Shown here piece by piece: positions 8,241 through 18,984 of a DNA stretch of 30,000 nucleotides (positions are counted from its first letter, which is position 1; every line of letters starts with the position of its first letter). The notes under the pieces were generated by a model that was given only the letters and a program-made list of their open reading frames with translations, did not search any database and was not told where the DNA came from. The translations under genes and the position numbers were made by a program. The stretch spans positions 62,331 to 92,330 of the forward strand of contig RQJH01000002.1 of the NCBI GenBank assembly GCA_014156375.1, in the 5' to 3' direction. This DNA is from Enterobacteriaceae bacterium 89 (GTDB lineage: Bacteria > Pseudomonadota > Gammaproteobacteria > Enterobacterales > Enterobacteriaceae).

Positions 8241-9523
8241 AGCGCTGTCACTCCTTTGATGCCGTCTTTCATCAGGTTGATAAAGCCGATTTTTTTGGCG
8301 TAGCTGAGGATGTTTTTGCGCAGCGGCACCGGCGTTTTCCCGCTGATGGTGAACAGATCCCCGGCGATACCCACCGCCATTTCCGGGTACTGGGTGAACA
8401 TGCGTGGGTTATCGAGAAACGCAGGCATTTTCTGGTAGGCCTTCATATCGCGCAGCGGCCCGCTTTCCAGAAAACCAAGGTAGTCACTGAGGCTTTGCTT
8501 GCTGAAATCGTCGCGTTTCATTGCACCGAGCACCGCCTTCGCCGCCGCTTCACCGGAAGCAATCGCCAGATCCATGCCGCGAATAGTAAAGCCCAGATTC
8601 ATACACATTCCCGCCGCATCCCCGGCGATCAGCACGCCGTCGCGCACCAGCTCGGACTGCATTCTCAGCCCTGCTTCCGGCACCACGTGCGCGGCGTACT
8701 CAAGCAGCTTGCCTCCGGCGATAAGCGGCCCGACAGCCGGATGCTGCTTAAAATCTTCCAGCATCTGCGGCACCGATTTTTTGGCTTCTTTCAGATGATG
8801 CAGACCGCAGACCAGCCCAAGAGAAATCGTGGTTTCATTGGTATAGAGAAAACCGCCGCCCATCAGGCCATCCGTCGGCGCACCGGCAAACAGCCAGGCC
8901 ACGCCTTCGTTGCCCTGCACATTAAAACGATCCTGTAGGACCTCTTTCGGCAGTTCGATAAGTTCTTTCACCCCGACCGCCACATTTTCCGCCGCCACGG
9001 GTTTGCACATGCCCAGCTGTTCCGCCAGCAGGGAATTGACGCCATCGGCGAGGATCACCGTTTTTGCTTCCAGCACGTCACCGTCGGCTTCCACGCCGGT
9101 GACCTTGCCGTCCTGCACCACCAGCTTATCGACTCGGATCCCGGTAATACACTGAGCCCCGGCGTTTTCAGCCTGCTCCATCAGCCACGCATCAAACTTG
9201 CTGCGCAGGACCGAATAAGACACCTCACCCGGCTTTGGCTCCTCGCTGTTCTGATAATCAACCGTCATCGCCCGCATTTCGGTCATAAACGACAGCCGTT
9301 CCCGGACGATCATTCTCTCGACCGGGGCCTGATCGGCAAAACCTGGCAGGATCCGCTCCAGCGTGTGTGCATACATGCGCCCGCCAGTCACGTTCTTGCC
9401 GCCAGCAGAATTGCCGCGTTCAATCAGCAGAACATTCGCCCCTTCCCGGGCCAGCACCAGCGCCGCAGTGCTTCCCGCGAGCCCCGCCCCAACGATGATG
9501 GCATCGAAGACATCTTCGGACAT
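8237..9523 (-). CDS. fixC: FixC, FAD-dependent ETF-quinone oxidoreductase-like flavoprotein
   Basis: Trimmed to the ATG at 9523 (MSEDVFDAIIVGAGLAGS..., a GxGxxG FAD fold), with AGGAG 5 nt upstream. The ORF-track start at 9529 is a GTG. It is colinear with E. coli FixC. Confidence 0.95.
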   Translation of the reverse strand: MSEDVFDAIIVGAGLAGSTAALVLAREGANVLLIERGNSAGGKNVTGGRMYAHTLERILPGFADQAPVERMIVRERLSFMTEMRAMTVDYQNSEEPKPGEVSYSVLRSKFDAWLMEQAENAGAQCITGIRVDKLVVQDGKVTGVEADGDVLEAKTVILADGVNSLLAEQLGMCKPVAAENVAVGVKELIELPKEVLQDRFNVQGNEGVAWLFAGAPTDGLMGGGFLYTNETTISLGLVCGLHHLKEAKKSVPQMLEDFKQHPAVGPLIAGGKLLEYAAHVVPEAGLRMQSELVRDGVLIAGDAAGMCMNLGFTIRGMDLAIASGEAAAKAVLGAMKRDDFSKQSLSDYLGFLESGPLRDMKAYQKMPAFLDNPRMFTQYPEMAVGIAGDLFTISGKTPVPLRKNILSYAKKIGFINLMKDGIKGVTAL

Positions 9524-9581
9524 AACCACTCCTGAACTTGCAGTAAACGGCAGAGCCTGCTCCCGGCCCTGCCTGGGAAAA

Positions 9582-10523
9582 TCAGCGCGCTAACTCGCGG
9601 GTCAACGCAGGCAGAACGGTGAACAGATCGCCCACCAGACCGTAGTCGGCATACTGGAAAATCGGCGCGTTTTTGTCCTTGTTGATGGCGACAATGGTCT
9701 GCGCGCCGTTGGCCCCGACCATGTGTTGGATCTGCCCGGAGATCCCCACCGCCAGATACAGCTCGGGTTTCAGCATCAGGTTGGAGATCCCGACGTAGCG
9801 CTCATGCTCCATCCACTTCTCGTTTTCGGCGACCGGACGTGAACAGGCAAGCTCAGCGCCAATCGCCTCACACAGCTCCTGCGCCAGAGGAATGTTCTCT
9901 TTTCCGCCAATTCCACGTCCCACGCTGACCACCAGCCGGGCTTTATCCAGATCGACCGAGTGACTTTCGCAGGCCTGCGTCCCGGTACGCACCACGCTAA
10001 CGGCAGGCTCCTGCCATTGCAGCGTTTGTGCCGTGCCGCTCTTCGCCGCATCTGGCTTCGCGGCTTCGAACGTGCCGGTGCTGAGCGTCAGCACACAGAA
10101 CGGCGTTTGCAGGGTTTCATCGCTGAAGGCCAGCCCGCCGTAAACCATATGCTTCGCCACCAGCGCATCACCTTCAAATCCCGTAGCGCTGGCATCGTTG
10201 ACCACCGCAGCCGCCAGACGAGCACCGAGACGGGCCGCCAGCAGCTTGCCGCGACGGCTGTTAGGCAGCAGCACCAGCCCGGACTGACTTTGCGATTTCA
10301 CCGCCTGCACCAGCGTATCGGCATAATCCTCTACTATGCGGTCGTCCGGCTTGCCTGCCAGCTGCCAAACCTGGTCCGCGCCAAGCTGGAAGGCCGCGCG
10401 TGTTTGTTCTTCATCGAGGGTGAAAACCTGGGTATTCGATCCCAGCGCTTGCGCCCCGCTCATCAGCTCCGGTAAACGGGACAGGGTGTCGCTGAAAACC
10501 CATACGTTTGAAAATGTGCTCAT
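9582..10523 (-). CDS. fixB: FixB, electron-transfer flavoprotein alpha-subunit homologue
   Basis: 313 aa, the same length as E. coli FixB. The C-terminal ETF-alpha FAD-binding region ([17 protein letters not shown]...[13 protein letters not shown]) is present. It follows fixA after an 11-nt gap. Confidence 0.95.
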   Translation of the reverse strand: MSTFSNVWVFSDTLSRLPELMSGAQALGSNTQVFTLDEEQTRAAFQLGADQVWQLAGKPDDRIVEDYADTLVQAVKSQSQSGLVLLPNSRRGKLLAARLGARLAAAVVNDASATGFEGDALVAKHMVYGGLAFSDETLQTPFCVLTLSTGTFEAAKPDAAKSGTAQTLQWQEPAVSVVRTGTQACESHSVDLDKARLVVSVGRGIGGKENIPLAQELCEAIGAELACSRPVAENEKWMEHERYVGISNLMLKPELYLAVGISGQIQHMVGANGAQTIVAINKDKNAPIFQYADYGLVGDLFTVLPALTRELAR

Positions 10524-10534
10524 GTCCTTCCCCT

Positions 10535-11308
10535 TTACTGGATAATTTTGCGTAAGTGTTCGGCAAAAGCCGCAATCTGGTCGTCACCGTCGCCTTCAAT
10601 AACCACGCGCAGACGTTCTTTTTGTTTCGGTGCAGCCACCTGCTGATGCGAGAAAGAAGGAATATCGCCAAGGCCCGCATCTGCTGCCGTCCAGACATGA
10701 ACCGGCTTTTTGGCCGCGCCGAGGATGGCTTTCATGGAAGGAATTTGCGGCACGTTGATGTCGGTGGTCACGCAAAGCACCGCAGGTAGCGGCACGTTCA
10801 GCGTTTCGGTTTCGTCTTCCAGTTCACGCTCAACCACCACGCTGTTGGCGTTTAAAGAGAGGATTTTTTTGATGCCGTTCAGCGCTGGCAGATGCAGCGC
10901 TTCGCCCAGCAGTAGCCCAACCTGCTGAGCGTACAAATCAGCGGAGCCATCACCGCACAGGATCAGATCGAAGCCCTGTTTTTGCGCCGCAGCCGCCAGC
11001 GCGGTGGCCGTTTGCTGCGGTAAAGCCTGTTCGAACTGTTCATCGATAATCACCACCAGCTCATCCGGCCCGCGTGACAGCACGTCCTTGCGGCCTTTCG
11101 CATTGGTCAGGGCATTTCCGCCCACGCTCATTGCCACCACCTGCGCCCCGTCGACCTGCGCTTTCAGCTGCACGGCGGCCTCAATGGCGTTTAAGTCATA
11201 CTGGCTGATTTTGTTTTCCGCACGGGAAAAGTCCAGCGACCCGTTTACGTGGTCAATACTAATATCCTGCTCGTCGGGAACGCTCTTGTAGCATGTAATA
11301 ATCTTCAT
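10535..11308 (-). CDS. fixA: FixA, electron-transfer flavoprotein beta-subunit homologue
   Basis: [16 protein letters not shown]...[11 protein letters not shown]...[16 protein letters not shown]... is colinear with E. coli FixA. It is the first gene of fixABCX and is divergent from caiT. Confidence 0.95.
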   Translation of the reverse strand: MKIITCYKSVPDEQDISIDHVNGSLDFSRAENKISQYDLNAIEAAVQLKAQVDGAQVVAMSVGGNALTNAKGRKDVLSRGPDELVVIIDEQFEQALPQQTATALAAAAQKQGFDLILCGDGSADLYAQQVGLLLGEALHLPALNGIKKILSLNANSVVVERELEDETETLNVPLPAVLCVTTDINVPQIPSMKAILGAAKKPVHVWTAADAGLGDIPSFSHQQVAAPKQKERLRVVIEGDGDDQIAAFAEHLRKIIQ

Positions 11309-11403
11309 TACATCTCCTGGTATATTGATGAAAGATTCACCGCTTGCGGCAATGATTAAAGAAATATCACACCAGGCACACCAATAATAAAACCTCAGTC
11401 ACT

Positions 11404-11473
11404 AATATTGAATACAATAGCCGTCAAGGCGATTGTCGTTCAATATTGCCCGTGCGCTCACCAATATTGAAAG
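11404..11473. promoter_or_regulatory. Candidate CaiF operator in the cai/fix divergent control region
   Basis: The inverted repeat is AATATTGAATACAAT (11404-11418), a 13-bp spacer, then ATTGTCGTTCAATATT (11432-11447). A third half-site, CCAATATTGAAAG, lies at 11461-11473. As I recall, CaiF sites in E. coli are inverted half-sites separated by 13 bp. Confidence 0.6.
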
Positions 11474-11565
11474 CCATGCGGTACCCAGCATCACAACCAT
11501 CAATCAAGACACTGATATATAAAGTTAAATGTCTTTGTTAAAAGAATGATCGTTGACCATCCAAG

Positions 11566-11581
11566 TGTGAGCAACGTAACA
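11566..11581 (+). promoter_or_regulatory. Candidate CRP site for the caiT promoter
   Basis: TGTGAgcaacgTAACA matches TGTGA-N6-TCACA at 9 of 10 positions. Its centre is about 161 nt upstream of the caiT ATG. A class II position would give a leader of about 120 nt, similar to what I recall for E. coli cai. Confidence 0.45.
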
Positions 11582-11734
11582 GAATGGCCCCCAATAAATA
11601 ATCATTATTAGGCAAGATCTCAAGCTACCCGGAGAATGGCGCAAGAAGATAATGATTCTTCATTATTTATCCCTGCGACCACTCAAACTTTAAATAGCGT
11701 CCTTATTCACGCCTGATAAAAGCGGAATTTATCT

Positions 11735-13249
11735 ATGAGCAAAGAAAAGAAAAAGGTGGGTATTGAACCGAAAGTCTTTTTCCCACCGTTAATTATTGTC
11801 GGCATTCTGTGCTGGCTCACCGTTCGCGATCTGGAAGCGGCCAATACGGTGATCGATGCCGTTTTCAGCTATGTGACCAATGTCTGGGGCTGGGCCTTTG
11901 AATGGTACATGGTGGTGATGCTGGGCGGCTGGTTCTGGCTGATTTTTGGCCCCTACGCCAGAAAACGCCTCGGCGACGATCCGCCGGAATTCAGCACCGC
12001 CAGCTGGATCTTCATGATGTTCGCCTCCTGTACCTCCGCCGCCGTGCTGTTCTGGGGCTCCATTGAGATCTATTACTACATCTCCAGCCCGCCGTTTGGC
12101 CTGGCGCCCTATTCCGTGCAGGCCAAAGAACTGGGTCTGGCCTACAGCCTGCTGCACTGGGGGCCGCTACCGTGGGCAACCTACAGCTTCCTGTCCGTGG
12201 CTTTTGCCTACTTCTTCTTTGTGCGCAAGATGGAAGTTATCCGCCCAAGCAGCACGCTTATCCCGCTGATGGGCGAAAAACGGGCGAACGGCATTATCGG
12301 TACCGTGATCGACAACTTCTATCTGGTAGCGCTGATCTTCGCAATGGGCACCAGCCTCGGACTTGCCACTCCGCTGGTCACCGAGTGCATTCAGTATCTG
12401 TTCGGCATTCCGCACACCCTGGAGCTGGACGCAATCATCATTACCTGCTGGATCATCCTCAACGCCATTTGCGTGGCCTGCGGCCTGCAAAAAGGCGTCA
12501 AAATCGCCAGCGACGTGCGCAGCTATCTGAGCTTCCTGATGCTCGGCTGGGTGTTTATCGTCAGCGGTGCCAGCTTCATCATGAACTACTTCACGGATTC
12601 GGTCGGCACGCTGCTGATGTACCTGCCGCGCATGCTGTTCTATACCGACCCGATTGCCAAAGGCGGCTTCCCGCAGGGCTGGACCGTCTTCTACTGGGCC
12701 TGGTGGGTGATTTACGCCATTCAGATGAGCATCTTCCTGGCGCGTATTTCCAAAGGACGCACCGTGCGCGAGCTCTGTCTGGGGATGGTTGCCGGACTGA
12801 CCGCCGCCACCTGGCTGCTGTGGACCATTCTGGGCAGTAACACCCTGCAGCTTATCGATCATAACGTGATCAACATCCCGCAGCTGATTGAACAGCACGG
12901 CGTGCCGCGCGCCATCATCGAAACCTGGGCCGCGCTGCCGCTGAAAACCGCCACTATCTGGGGCTTCTTCATCCTCTGCTTTATCGCCACCGTGACGCTG
13001 ATCAACGCCTGTTCCTACACCCTGGCGATGTCGACCTGCCGTTCGGTGAAAGAAGGCGACGAGCCGCCGCTGCTGGTGCGTATCGGCTGGTCAATTCTGG
13101 TGGGCGTTATCGGCATTGTGCTGCTGGCGCTCGGCGGACTGAAACCGATTCAGACGGCGATCATCGCCGGAGGATGTCCGCTGTTCTTCGTCAATATCCT
13201 GGTCACGTTGTCGTTCATTAAAGACGCAAAAGCCAACTGGAAAGACTGA
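11735..13249 (+). CDS. caiT: CaiT, L-carnitine/gamma-butyrobetaine antiporter (BCCT family)
   Basis: 504 aa, the same length as E. coli CaiT and near-identical over long stretches ([25 protein letters not shown]..., ...[24 protein letters not shown]). Confidence 0.97.
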   Translation: MSKEKKKVGIEPKVFFPPLIIVGILCWLTVRDLEAANTVIDAVFSYVTNVWGWAFEWYMVVMLGGWFWLIFGPYARKRLGDDPPEFSTASWIFMMFASCTSAAVLFWGSIEIYYYISSPPFGLAPYSVQAKELGLAYSLLHWGPLPWATYSFLSVAFAYFFFVRKMEVIRPSSTLIPLMGEKRANGIIGTVIDNFYLVALIFAMGTSLGLATPLVTECIQYLFGIPHTLELDAIIITCWIILNAICVACGLQKGVKIASDVRSYLSFLMLGWVFIVSGASFIMNYFTDSVGTLLMYLPRMLFYTDPIAKGGFPQGWTVFYWAWWVIYAIQMSIFLARISKGRTVRELCLGMVAGLTAATWLLWTILGSNTLQLIDHNVINIPQLIEQHGVPRAIIETWAALPLKTATIWGFFILCFIATVTLINACSYTLAMSTCRSVKEGDEPPLLVRIGWSILVGVIGIVLLALGGLKPIQTAIIAGGCPLFFVNILVTLSFIKDAKANWKD

Positions 13250-13278
13250 TATTTTTCAAACATTAAGAGGTTAATACT

Positions 13279-14421
13279 ATGGATTTCAGACTCAATGATG
13301 AGCAGGAGCTGTTTGTCGCCGGTATTCGTGAATTAATGGCCAGCGAAAACTGGGAAACCTATTTCGCTCAGTGCGATCAGGACAGCGTCTATCCCGAGCG
13401 CTTTGTTAAAGCCCTGGCGGACATGGGCATCGACAGCCTGCTGATCCCGGAAGAGCACGGCGGACTGGAAGCCGGATTTGTCACTCTTGCAGCAGTCTGG
13501 ATGGAGCTGGGCCGTCTCGGTGCGCCAACTTATGTGCTTTATCAGTTACCTGGCGGCTTCAACACCTTCCTGCGCGAAGGGACACCTGAGCAAATCGAGA
13601 AGATCATGGCGTTTCGTGGCACAGGTAAGCAAATGTGGAACTCAGCCATCACCGAACCGGGAGCTGGATCGGATGTTGGCAGTCTGCAAACTACTTATAC
13701 CCGTAAAAATGGTAAGGTTTATCTTAATGGCAGCAAATGCTTCATCACCAGTAGCGCCTACACCCCATACGTTGTGGTGATGTCCCGCGATGCTGCCTCT
13801 CCGGATAAACCGATTTTCACGGAATGGTGCGTGGACATGAGCAAGCCTGGGATCAAAATCAACAAGCTGGAAAAACTGGGCCTGCGGATGGACAGCTGCT
13901 GTGAGCTGACCTTCGAGAACGTGGAGCTGGACGAGAAAGACATGTTCGGGCGCGAAGGCAATGGCTTTAACCGCGTCAAAGAAGAGTTTGACCACGAGCG
14001 TTTCCTGGTCGCGCTGACCAACTACGGCACCGCCATGTGCGCCTTTGAAGACGCCGCGCGCTATGCCAACCAGCGCGTGCAGTTCGGCGAAACCATCGGC
14101 CGCTTCCAGCTGATCCAGGAAAAATTCGCCCACATGGCCATCAAGCTGAATTCGATGAAAAACATGCTGCTGGAAACCGCGTGGAAAAGCGACAACGGGC
14201 TGATTACCTCCGGTGATGCCGCGATGTGCAAATACTTCTGCGCCAACGCTTCGTTTGATGTCGTCGACACCTCAATGCAGGTATTGGGCGGCGTGGGCAT
14301 TGCCGGTAACCACCGCATCACCCGCTTCTGGCGTGACCTGCGCGTGGACCGTGTCTCCGGTGGCTCTGACGAAATGCAGATCCTGACGCTCGGCCGTGCT
14401 GTGTTGAAACAGTACCGCTAA
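13279..14421 (+). CDS. caiA: CaiA, crotonobetainyl-CoA reductase (acyl-CoA dehydrogenase family)
   Basis: 380 aa. [26 protein letters not shown]... through ...[21 protein letters not shown] matches E. coli CaiA end to end. Confidence 0.97.
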   Translation: MDFRLNDEQELFVAGIRELMASENWETYFAQCDQDSVYPERFVKALADMGIDSLLIPEEHGGLEAGFVTLAAVWMELGRLGAPTYVLYQLPGGFNTFLREGTPEQIEKIMAFRGTGKQMWNSAITEPGAGSDVGSLQTTYTRKNGKVYLNGSKCFITSSAYTPYVVVMSRDAASPDKPIFTEWCVDMSKPGIKINKLEKLGLRMDSCCELTFENVELDEKDMFGREGNGFNRVKEEFDHERFLVALTNYGTAMCAFEDAARYANQRVQFGETIGRFQLIQEKFAHMAIKLNSMKNMLLETAWKSDNGLITSGDAAMCKYFCANASFDVVDTSMQVLGGVGIAGNHRITRFWRDLRVDRVSGGSDEMQILTLGRAVLKQYR

Positions 14422-14427
14422 TCCCCT

Positions 14428-14535
14428 GCCCGGTGGCGCTAACGCTTACCGGACCTACAAATCCGTAGATCCGACAAACGTAATACCGCCGGGCAAACAA
14501 ATCTGTAGGTCCGGCAAACGAAGTGCCGCCGGGCA
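14428..14535. repeat. REP/BIME-like cluster (three REP units) between caiA and caiB
   Basis: GCCCGGTGGCGCTAACGCTTACCGGACCTAC lies at 14428-14458. Two units in the opposite orientation follow: GTAGATCCGACAAACGTAATACCGCCGGGCA (14465-14495) and TGTAGGTCCGGCAAACGAAGTGCCGCCGGGCA (14504-14535). Confidence 0.8.
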
Positions 14536-14558
14536 TAACCGAACTCAGGAGCCGCACT

Positions 14559-15776
14559 ATGCAACAATTACCTATGCCCCAATTCGGGCCGCTAGCCGGG
14601 CTGCGCGTGGTCTTTTCCGGGATTGAAATCGCCGGTCCCTTCGCCGGGCAGATGTTTGCCGAATGGGGTGCCGAAGTCATCTGGATTGAAAACGTCGCCT
14701 GGGCCGATACCATTCGCGTCCAGCCGCACTATCCGCAGCTTTCGCGCCGTAATCTGCGCGCCCTGTCGCTGAATATTTTCAAAGACGAAGGCCGTGAAGC
14801 TTTCCTCAAGCTGATGGAAACCACCGACATTTTCATCGAGGCCAGCAAAGGCCCAGCCTTTGCCCGCCGGGGGATCACCGACGAGCTGCTGTGGCAGCAC
14901 AATCCGAAACTGGTGATCGCTCACCTTTCCGGCTTTGGTCAGTTCGGTGACCCGCAGTTCACCAACCTGCCCGCCTACAACACCATCGCTCAGGCCTTCA
15001 GCGGTTATCTGATCCAGAACGGCGACGTTGACCAGCCGATGCCCGCATTCCCTTATACCGCCGACTATTTCTCGGGGATGACGGCCACCACTTCCGCGCT
15101 GGCTGCGCTGTATAAGGCACAGCAAACCGGCAAAGGTGAAAGTATCGATATCGCGATGTACGAGGTCATGCTGCGCATGGGCCAGTACTTCATGATGGAT
15201 TACTTCAACGGCGGCGAGATCTGCCCGCGCATGACCAAAGGCAAAGATCCGTACTACGCGGGCTGCGGGCTTTATCGCTGTAACGACGGCTTTATCGTGA
15301 TGGAAGTCGTTGGTATCACCCAGATTCAGGAGATTTTTACCGATATCGGCCTGGCTCACCTGCTTGGCACGCCGGAAATTCCAGAAGGCACACAGCTGAT
15401 CCACCGCGTGGAGTGCAAATACGGCCCGCTGATGGAGGAAAAACTCGACGCCTGGCTGGCGGAGCGCTCCATCGAACAGGTGCTGGCACGGCTGGCGGAG
15501 CTGAATATCGCCAGCGCCAAAGTGCTGACGATCCCCGAGCTGGAAACCCATCCGCAGTATGTCGCACGCGAATCCATTACCGAATGGCAGACCATGAGCG
15601 GTGACACCTGTAAAGGCCCGAACGTGATGCCGAAGTTCAAAAACAATCCGGGACAAATCTGGCGCGGCATGCCGTCGCACGGCATGGATACCGCCGCAAT
15701 TTTACACAACATCGGCTATAGCGAAGCCGATATCAGGGAGCTGGTCGAAAAAGGGCTGGCTAAAACGACGAAGTAA
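14559..15776 (+). CDS. caiB: CaiB, gamma-butyrobetainyl-CoA:carnitine CoA-transferase (class III)
   Basis: Trimmed to the ATG at 14559 ([45 protein letters not shown]...), which aligns with the E. coli CaiB start [18 protein letters not shown]. An SD (CAGGA) lies 8 nt upstream. The ORF-track extension runs into the REP cluster. Confidence 0.96.
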   Translation: MQQLPMPQFGPLAGLRVVFSGIEIAGPFAGQMFAEWGAEVIWIENVAWADTIRVQPHYPQLSRRNLRALSLNIFKDEGREAFLKLMETTDIFIEASKGPAFARRGITDELLWQHNPKLVIAHLSGFGQFGDPQFTNLPAYNTIAQAFSGYLIQNGDVDQPMPAFPYTADYFSGMTATTSALAALYKAQQTGKGESIDIAMYEVMLRMGQYFMMDYFNGGEICPRMTKGKDPYYAGCGLYRCNDGFIVMEVVGITQIQEIFTDIGLAHLLGTPEIPEGTQLIHRVECKYGPLMEEKLDAWLAERSIEQVLARLAELNIASAKVLTIPELETHPQYVARESITEWQTMSGDTCKGPNVMPKFKNNPGQIWRGMPSHGMDTAAILHNIGYSEADIRELVEKGLAKTTK

Positions 15777-15786
15777 CGCCTGAATT

Positions 15787-15858
15787 GCCCGGTGGCGCAG
15801 GCTTACCGGGCCTACAACACAGCGATAGTAGGTCCGGTAAACGCAGTGCCTCCGGGCA
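15787..15858. repeat. REP pair (BIME-like) between caiB and caiC
   Basis: GCCCGGTGGCGCAGGCTTACCGGGCCTAC (15787-15815) and the inverted GTAGGTCCGGTAAACGCAGTGCCTCCGGGCA (15828-15858). Confidence 0.8.
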
Positions 15859-15890
15859 ACAGCAACAGGCAGAAGGACAGGAAAGCAGCG

Positions 15891-17483
15891 ATGGATCTGA
15901 TTGGTGGACAAAACTTACGCCAGATGTGGGACGATCTGGCCAAGGTGTATGGCAGTAAAACGGCACTGATTTTTGAGTCCGCAACCGGCGAGATCCGACA
16001 GTTCAGTTACGGTGAGCTTAATGATGAGATTAACCGCACCGCGAACCTTTTTCTTTCACTGGGCGTAGAGAAAGGCGACAAAGTGGCGCTGCACCTGGAC
16101 AACTGCCCGGAGTTTATCTTCTGCTGGTTTGGACTGGCAAAAATTGGCGCGATCATGGTGCCGATCAACGCCCGCTTTCTGGCCGAAGAGAGCAGCTGGC
16201 TAATCCAGAGCTGTCAGGCCAAAATGGTGGTCACTTCCGGTCAGTTCTATTCCGTTTATCAGAAGATCATCGCTGAACGCAGCACGGCGCTGGAGCTGAT
16301 TTTGTTGATTTCCTCGCCGCAGCCATCCGACAGCACCACGCTCGATTTCAGTCTGAACCAGCAGGCACAGCCCTGCATTCTGATGCGGGAAGTGGAACTC
16401 AGCGTTGAAGACACTGCAGAAATTCTTTTCACCTCCGGTACCACCTCCCGGCCCAAAGGCGTGGTGATAACCCATTACAATCTGCGCTTTGCCGGCTATT
16501 ACACCGCCTGGCAGTGCGCGCTGCGTGCCGATGACATCTATATGACGGTGATGCCCGCTTTTCATATCGACTGCCAGTGCACCGCCGCAATGCCCACCTT
16601 TTCAGCGGGCGCAACCTTCGTCCTGCTGGAGAAATACAGCGCCCGCGCCTTCTGGAGCCAGGTATTGCGCTACCAGGCGACCGTCACCGAGTGCATTCCG
16701 ATGATGGTCCGCACCCTGATGGCGCAGCCGCAGCAGGCCAACGAACGGCAACACCGACTGCGCGAAGTGCTGTTCTATCTCAATCTCTCAGAAGAGGAAA
16801 AAGACGCCTTTGTTGCCCGCTTTGGCGTGCGCTTTCTCACTTCTTACGGCATGACGGAAACCATCGTCGGCCTGATTGGCGACCGCCCCGGCGATAAACG
16901 GCGCTGGCCTTCGATTGGTCGCCCTGGATTTGGCTATCAGGCCGAAATTCGCGACAGCTTCAACCGCCCGGTAGCCGCAGGCCAGACCGGGGAGCTGTGC
17001 GTGAAAGGCATTCCGGGTAAAACGCTGTTTAAAGAGTATTACAACCAGCCCGAAGCCACCGCCCTCGCCTGGGATAACGGTTGGCTGCACACCGGCGACT
17101 GCGCCTGGCAGGACGAGGAAGGCTATCTCTATTTTGTCGATCGCAGCAGCAACATGATCAAGCGCGGCGGCGAGAACGTCTCGTGCAGCGAAATCGAAAA
17201 TATTGTTGCCTCGCATCCCAAAATTCAGGACGTGGCCATTCTTGGCATTCCCGATCCGATCCGCGACCAGGCCATCAAAGCGTTTCTGGTGCTGAACGAA
17301 GGCGAAACATTAAGCGAAAGGGAGTTTTTCTGCTTTTGCGAAGCGCGGATGGCGAAGTTTAAAGTGCCTTCTTTCATGGAAATCCGCACTGATTTACCGC
17401 GCAACTGCTCAGGCAAAGTGATTAAAAAACATCTGCTGCATCCGACCACAAACAGAGAAGTTTTGACTGCTGACAAGGAATAA
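15891..17483 (+). CDS. caiC: CaiC, carnitine/crotonobetaine-CoA ligase (adenylate-forming family)
   Basis: Trimmed to the ATG at 15891 ([21 protein letters not shown]...), which aligns with E. coli [21 protein letters not shown]. The AMP-binding motif [12 protein letters not shown] is present. The C-terminus is about 14 aa longer than my remembered E. coli CaiC. Confidence 0.95.
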   Translation: MDLIGGQNLRQMWDDLAKVYGSKTALIFESATGEIRQFSYGELNDEINRTANLFLSLGVEKGDKVALHLDNCPEFIFCWFGLAKIGAIMVPINARFLAEESSWLIQSCQAKMVVTSGQFYSVYQKIIAERSTALELILLISSPQPSDSTTLDFSLNQQAQPCILMREVELSVEDTAEILFTSGTTSRPKGVVITHYNLRFAGYYTAWQCALRADDIYMTVMPAFHIDCQCTAAMPTFSAGATFVLLEKYSARAFWSQVLRYQATVTECIPMMVRTLMAQPQQANERQHRLREVLFYLNLSEEEKDAFVARFGVRFLTSYGMTETIVGLIGDRPGDKRRWPSIGRPGFGYQAEIRDSFNRPVAAGQTGELCVKGIPGKTLFKEYYNQPEATALAWDNGWLHTGDCAWQDEEGYLYFVDRSSNMIKRGGENVSCSEIENIVASHPKIQDVAILGIPDPIRDQAIKAFLVLNEGETLSEREFFCFCEARMAKFKVPSFMEIRTDLPRNCSGKVIKKHLLHPTTNREVLTADKE

Positions 17484-17487
17484 AAAT

Positions 17488-18273
17488 ATGAGCAACGCAC
17501 TACAGATTACCCGCAACGGAGCCGTGCTGGAGATTGTCCTCGACCGCCCGAAGGCCAACGCCATTGACGCCAGCACCAGTTTTAAAATGGGCGAAGCCTT
17601 CCTGCAATTTCGCGACGATCCACAGCTTCGGGTCGCGATTATTACCGGCGCCGGAGAGCGCTTCTTCTCCGCCGGATGGGATCTAAAATCGGCCGCAGAA
17701 GGCGAAGCGCCGGATGCCGATTTTGGCCCCGGAGGTTTTGCCGGACTGACCGAAATATTCAATCTCGATAAGCCAGTCATTGCCGCCGTCAACGGCTATG
17801 CCTTCGGCGGCGGATTCGAACTGGCGCTGGCGGCCGACCTGATCGTCTGTTCAGACAATGCCAGTTTCGCCCTGCCAGAAGTGAAACTTGGGATCGTACC
17901 GGACAGCGGCGGCATTCTGCGTCTGCCGAAAATTCTGCCACCCGCCATCGTCAACGAACTGGTAATGACCGGCAGACGTATGGACGCAGAAGAAGCGCTG
18001 CGCTGGGGGATCGTCAACCGCGTGGTCAACCAGGCAGAGCTGATGGACTGTGCCCGTGAACTGGCGGCCCAGCTGGTCACCAGTGCGCCTTTGGCCGTTG
18101 CCGCGTTGAAGGAGATCGTCCGCAGCACCAGCGAGCTGACCGTTGAAGAAGGCTACAGGCTGATGCGCAGCGGCGCACTTCGCCATTATCCGGCGGTTCT
18201 GCATTCGGAGGATGCGCTGGAAGGCCCGCAGGCGTTTGCTGAAAAGCGCGAACCGCAGTGGAAAGGCAAATGA
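17488..18273 (+). CDS. caiD: CaiD, carnitinyl-CoA dehydratase (crotonase family)
   Basis: 261 aa. ...[49 protein letters not shown]... matches E. coli CaiD. Confidence 0.96.
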   Translation: MSNALQITRNGAVLEIVLDRPKANAIDASTSFKMGEAFLQFRDDPQLRVAIITGAGERFFSAGWDLKSAAEGEAPDADFGPGGFAGLTEIFNLDKPVIAAVNGYAFGGGFELALAADLIVCSDNASFALPEVKLGIVPDSGGILRLPKILPPAIVNELVMTGRRMDAEEALRWGIVNRVVNQAELMDCARELAAQLVTSAPLAVAALKEIVRSTSELTVEEGYRLMRSGALRHYPAVLHSEDALEGPQAFAEKREPQWKGK

Positions 18274-18875
18274 GTTTTTACGCCTTTGAAGGGGTGACCC
18301 CCGTGGTTCACCCTTCTGCCTTTGTGCATCCCTCAGCAGTGATTATTGGCGATGTGATTATCGGCGCCGGTGTCTATATCGGACCGCACGCCTCGCTGCG
18401 CGGCGACTACGGTCGGCTGATCGTTGAGGCAGGAGCAAACGTTCAGGACGGCTGCATTATGCACGGCTATTGCGACACCGACACCATCGTCCATGAAAAC
18501 GGACATATCGGTCACGGAGCCGTGCTGCACGGCTGCGTGATTGGCCGCAATGCGCTGGTAGGAATGAACAGCGTGATCATGGATGGCGCGCAGATTGGTC
18601 AGGACAGCATCGTCGCGGCGATGAGCTTTGTCAAAGCGGGGTTTGTCGGCGAAGCCCGCCAACTGCTGGTCGGCAGCCCGGCCCGCTGCCTGCGTGAAGT
18701 CACCGACGAGGAGTTACACTGGAAAGCGCTCAACACCCGCGAATATCAGGATCTGACGGTTCGTTGTCATCGCTCTTTGCGGGAGACGCTGCCGTTGAAT
18801 GAAATTGAAGCTGACCGCCCGAGGCTTCTTGGCACCACTGACGTCAAACCCAAACTGTCTGGTGGCTCAAGGTAG
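18270..18875 (+). CDS. caiE: CaiE, carnitine operon protein (hexapeptide-repeat, gamma-carbonic-anhydrase-like fold)
   Basis: Trimmed to the ATG at 18270 ([39 protein letters not shown]...), which aligns with E. coli MSYYAFEGLIPVVHPTAF. The ATGA overlaps the caiD stop. Confidence 0.95.
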   Translation: MSFYAFEGVTPVVHPSAFVHPSAVIIGDVIIGAGVYIGPHASLRGDYGRLIVEAGANVQDGCIMHGYCDTDTIVHENGHIGHGAVLHGCVIGRNALVGMNSVIMDGAQIGQDSIVAAMSFVKAGFVGEARQLLVGSPARCLREVTDEELHWKALNTREYQDLTVRCHRSLRETLPLNEIEADRPRLLGTTDVKPKLSGGSR

Positions 18876-18880
18876 ACAGC

Positions 18881-18907
18881 AAAACGCCTCTTCTGAGAGG
18901 CGTTTTT
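18881..18907 (+). terminator. Rho-independent terminator after caiE (potentially bidirectional)
   Basis: AAAACGCCTCT-tctg-AGAGGCGTTTT plus T is a perfect 11-bp stem with A/T runs on both sides. It starts 6 nt after the caiE stop. Confidence 0.85.
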
Positions 18908-18915
18908 AGTGTTTG

Positions 18916-18960
18916 CTCCCTCTCCCCGTGGGAGAGGGTTGGGGAGAGGGCATCAGGCCG
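18916..18960. repeat. CCCTCTCCC/GGGAGAGGG-type palindromic repeat (single copy)
   Basis: CTCCCTCTCCCCGTGGGAGAGGGTTGGGGAGAGGGCATCAGGCCG belongs to the same family as 7679-7938 and 25975-26156. It lies between the convergent caiE and caiF genes. Confidence 0.8.
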
Positions 18961-18984
18961 CAGAGACCCATCACCGTCAGGCAA

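Noticed and set aside
11636-11716. A 26-codon upstream ORF (MAQEDNDSSLFIPATTQTLNSVLIHA) in the caiT leader, ending 19 nt before the caiT ATG. It could be a leader peptide.
   Set aside because: The only SD-like GGAG is 1 nt from the ATG, which is too close. There is no associated attenuator hairpin, no run of regulatory codons, and no known precedent for cai. I treat it as a chance ORF unless ribosome profiling shows otherwise.
14592-15680. Very long antisense ORFs: a 362-aa ORF opposite caiB, plus 12167-12898 opposite caiT, 1726-2523 and 2747-3571 opposite hybC/hybB, 20753-21385 opposite ycjF and 16788-17216 opposite caiC.
   Set aside because: Each lies wholly inside a strongly homology-supported gene on the other strand. 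Their products are low-complexity and rich in Arg/Gly/Ala/Pro/His, with no recognisable motifs. Open antisense frames like these are expected in GC-rich, codon-biased genes.
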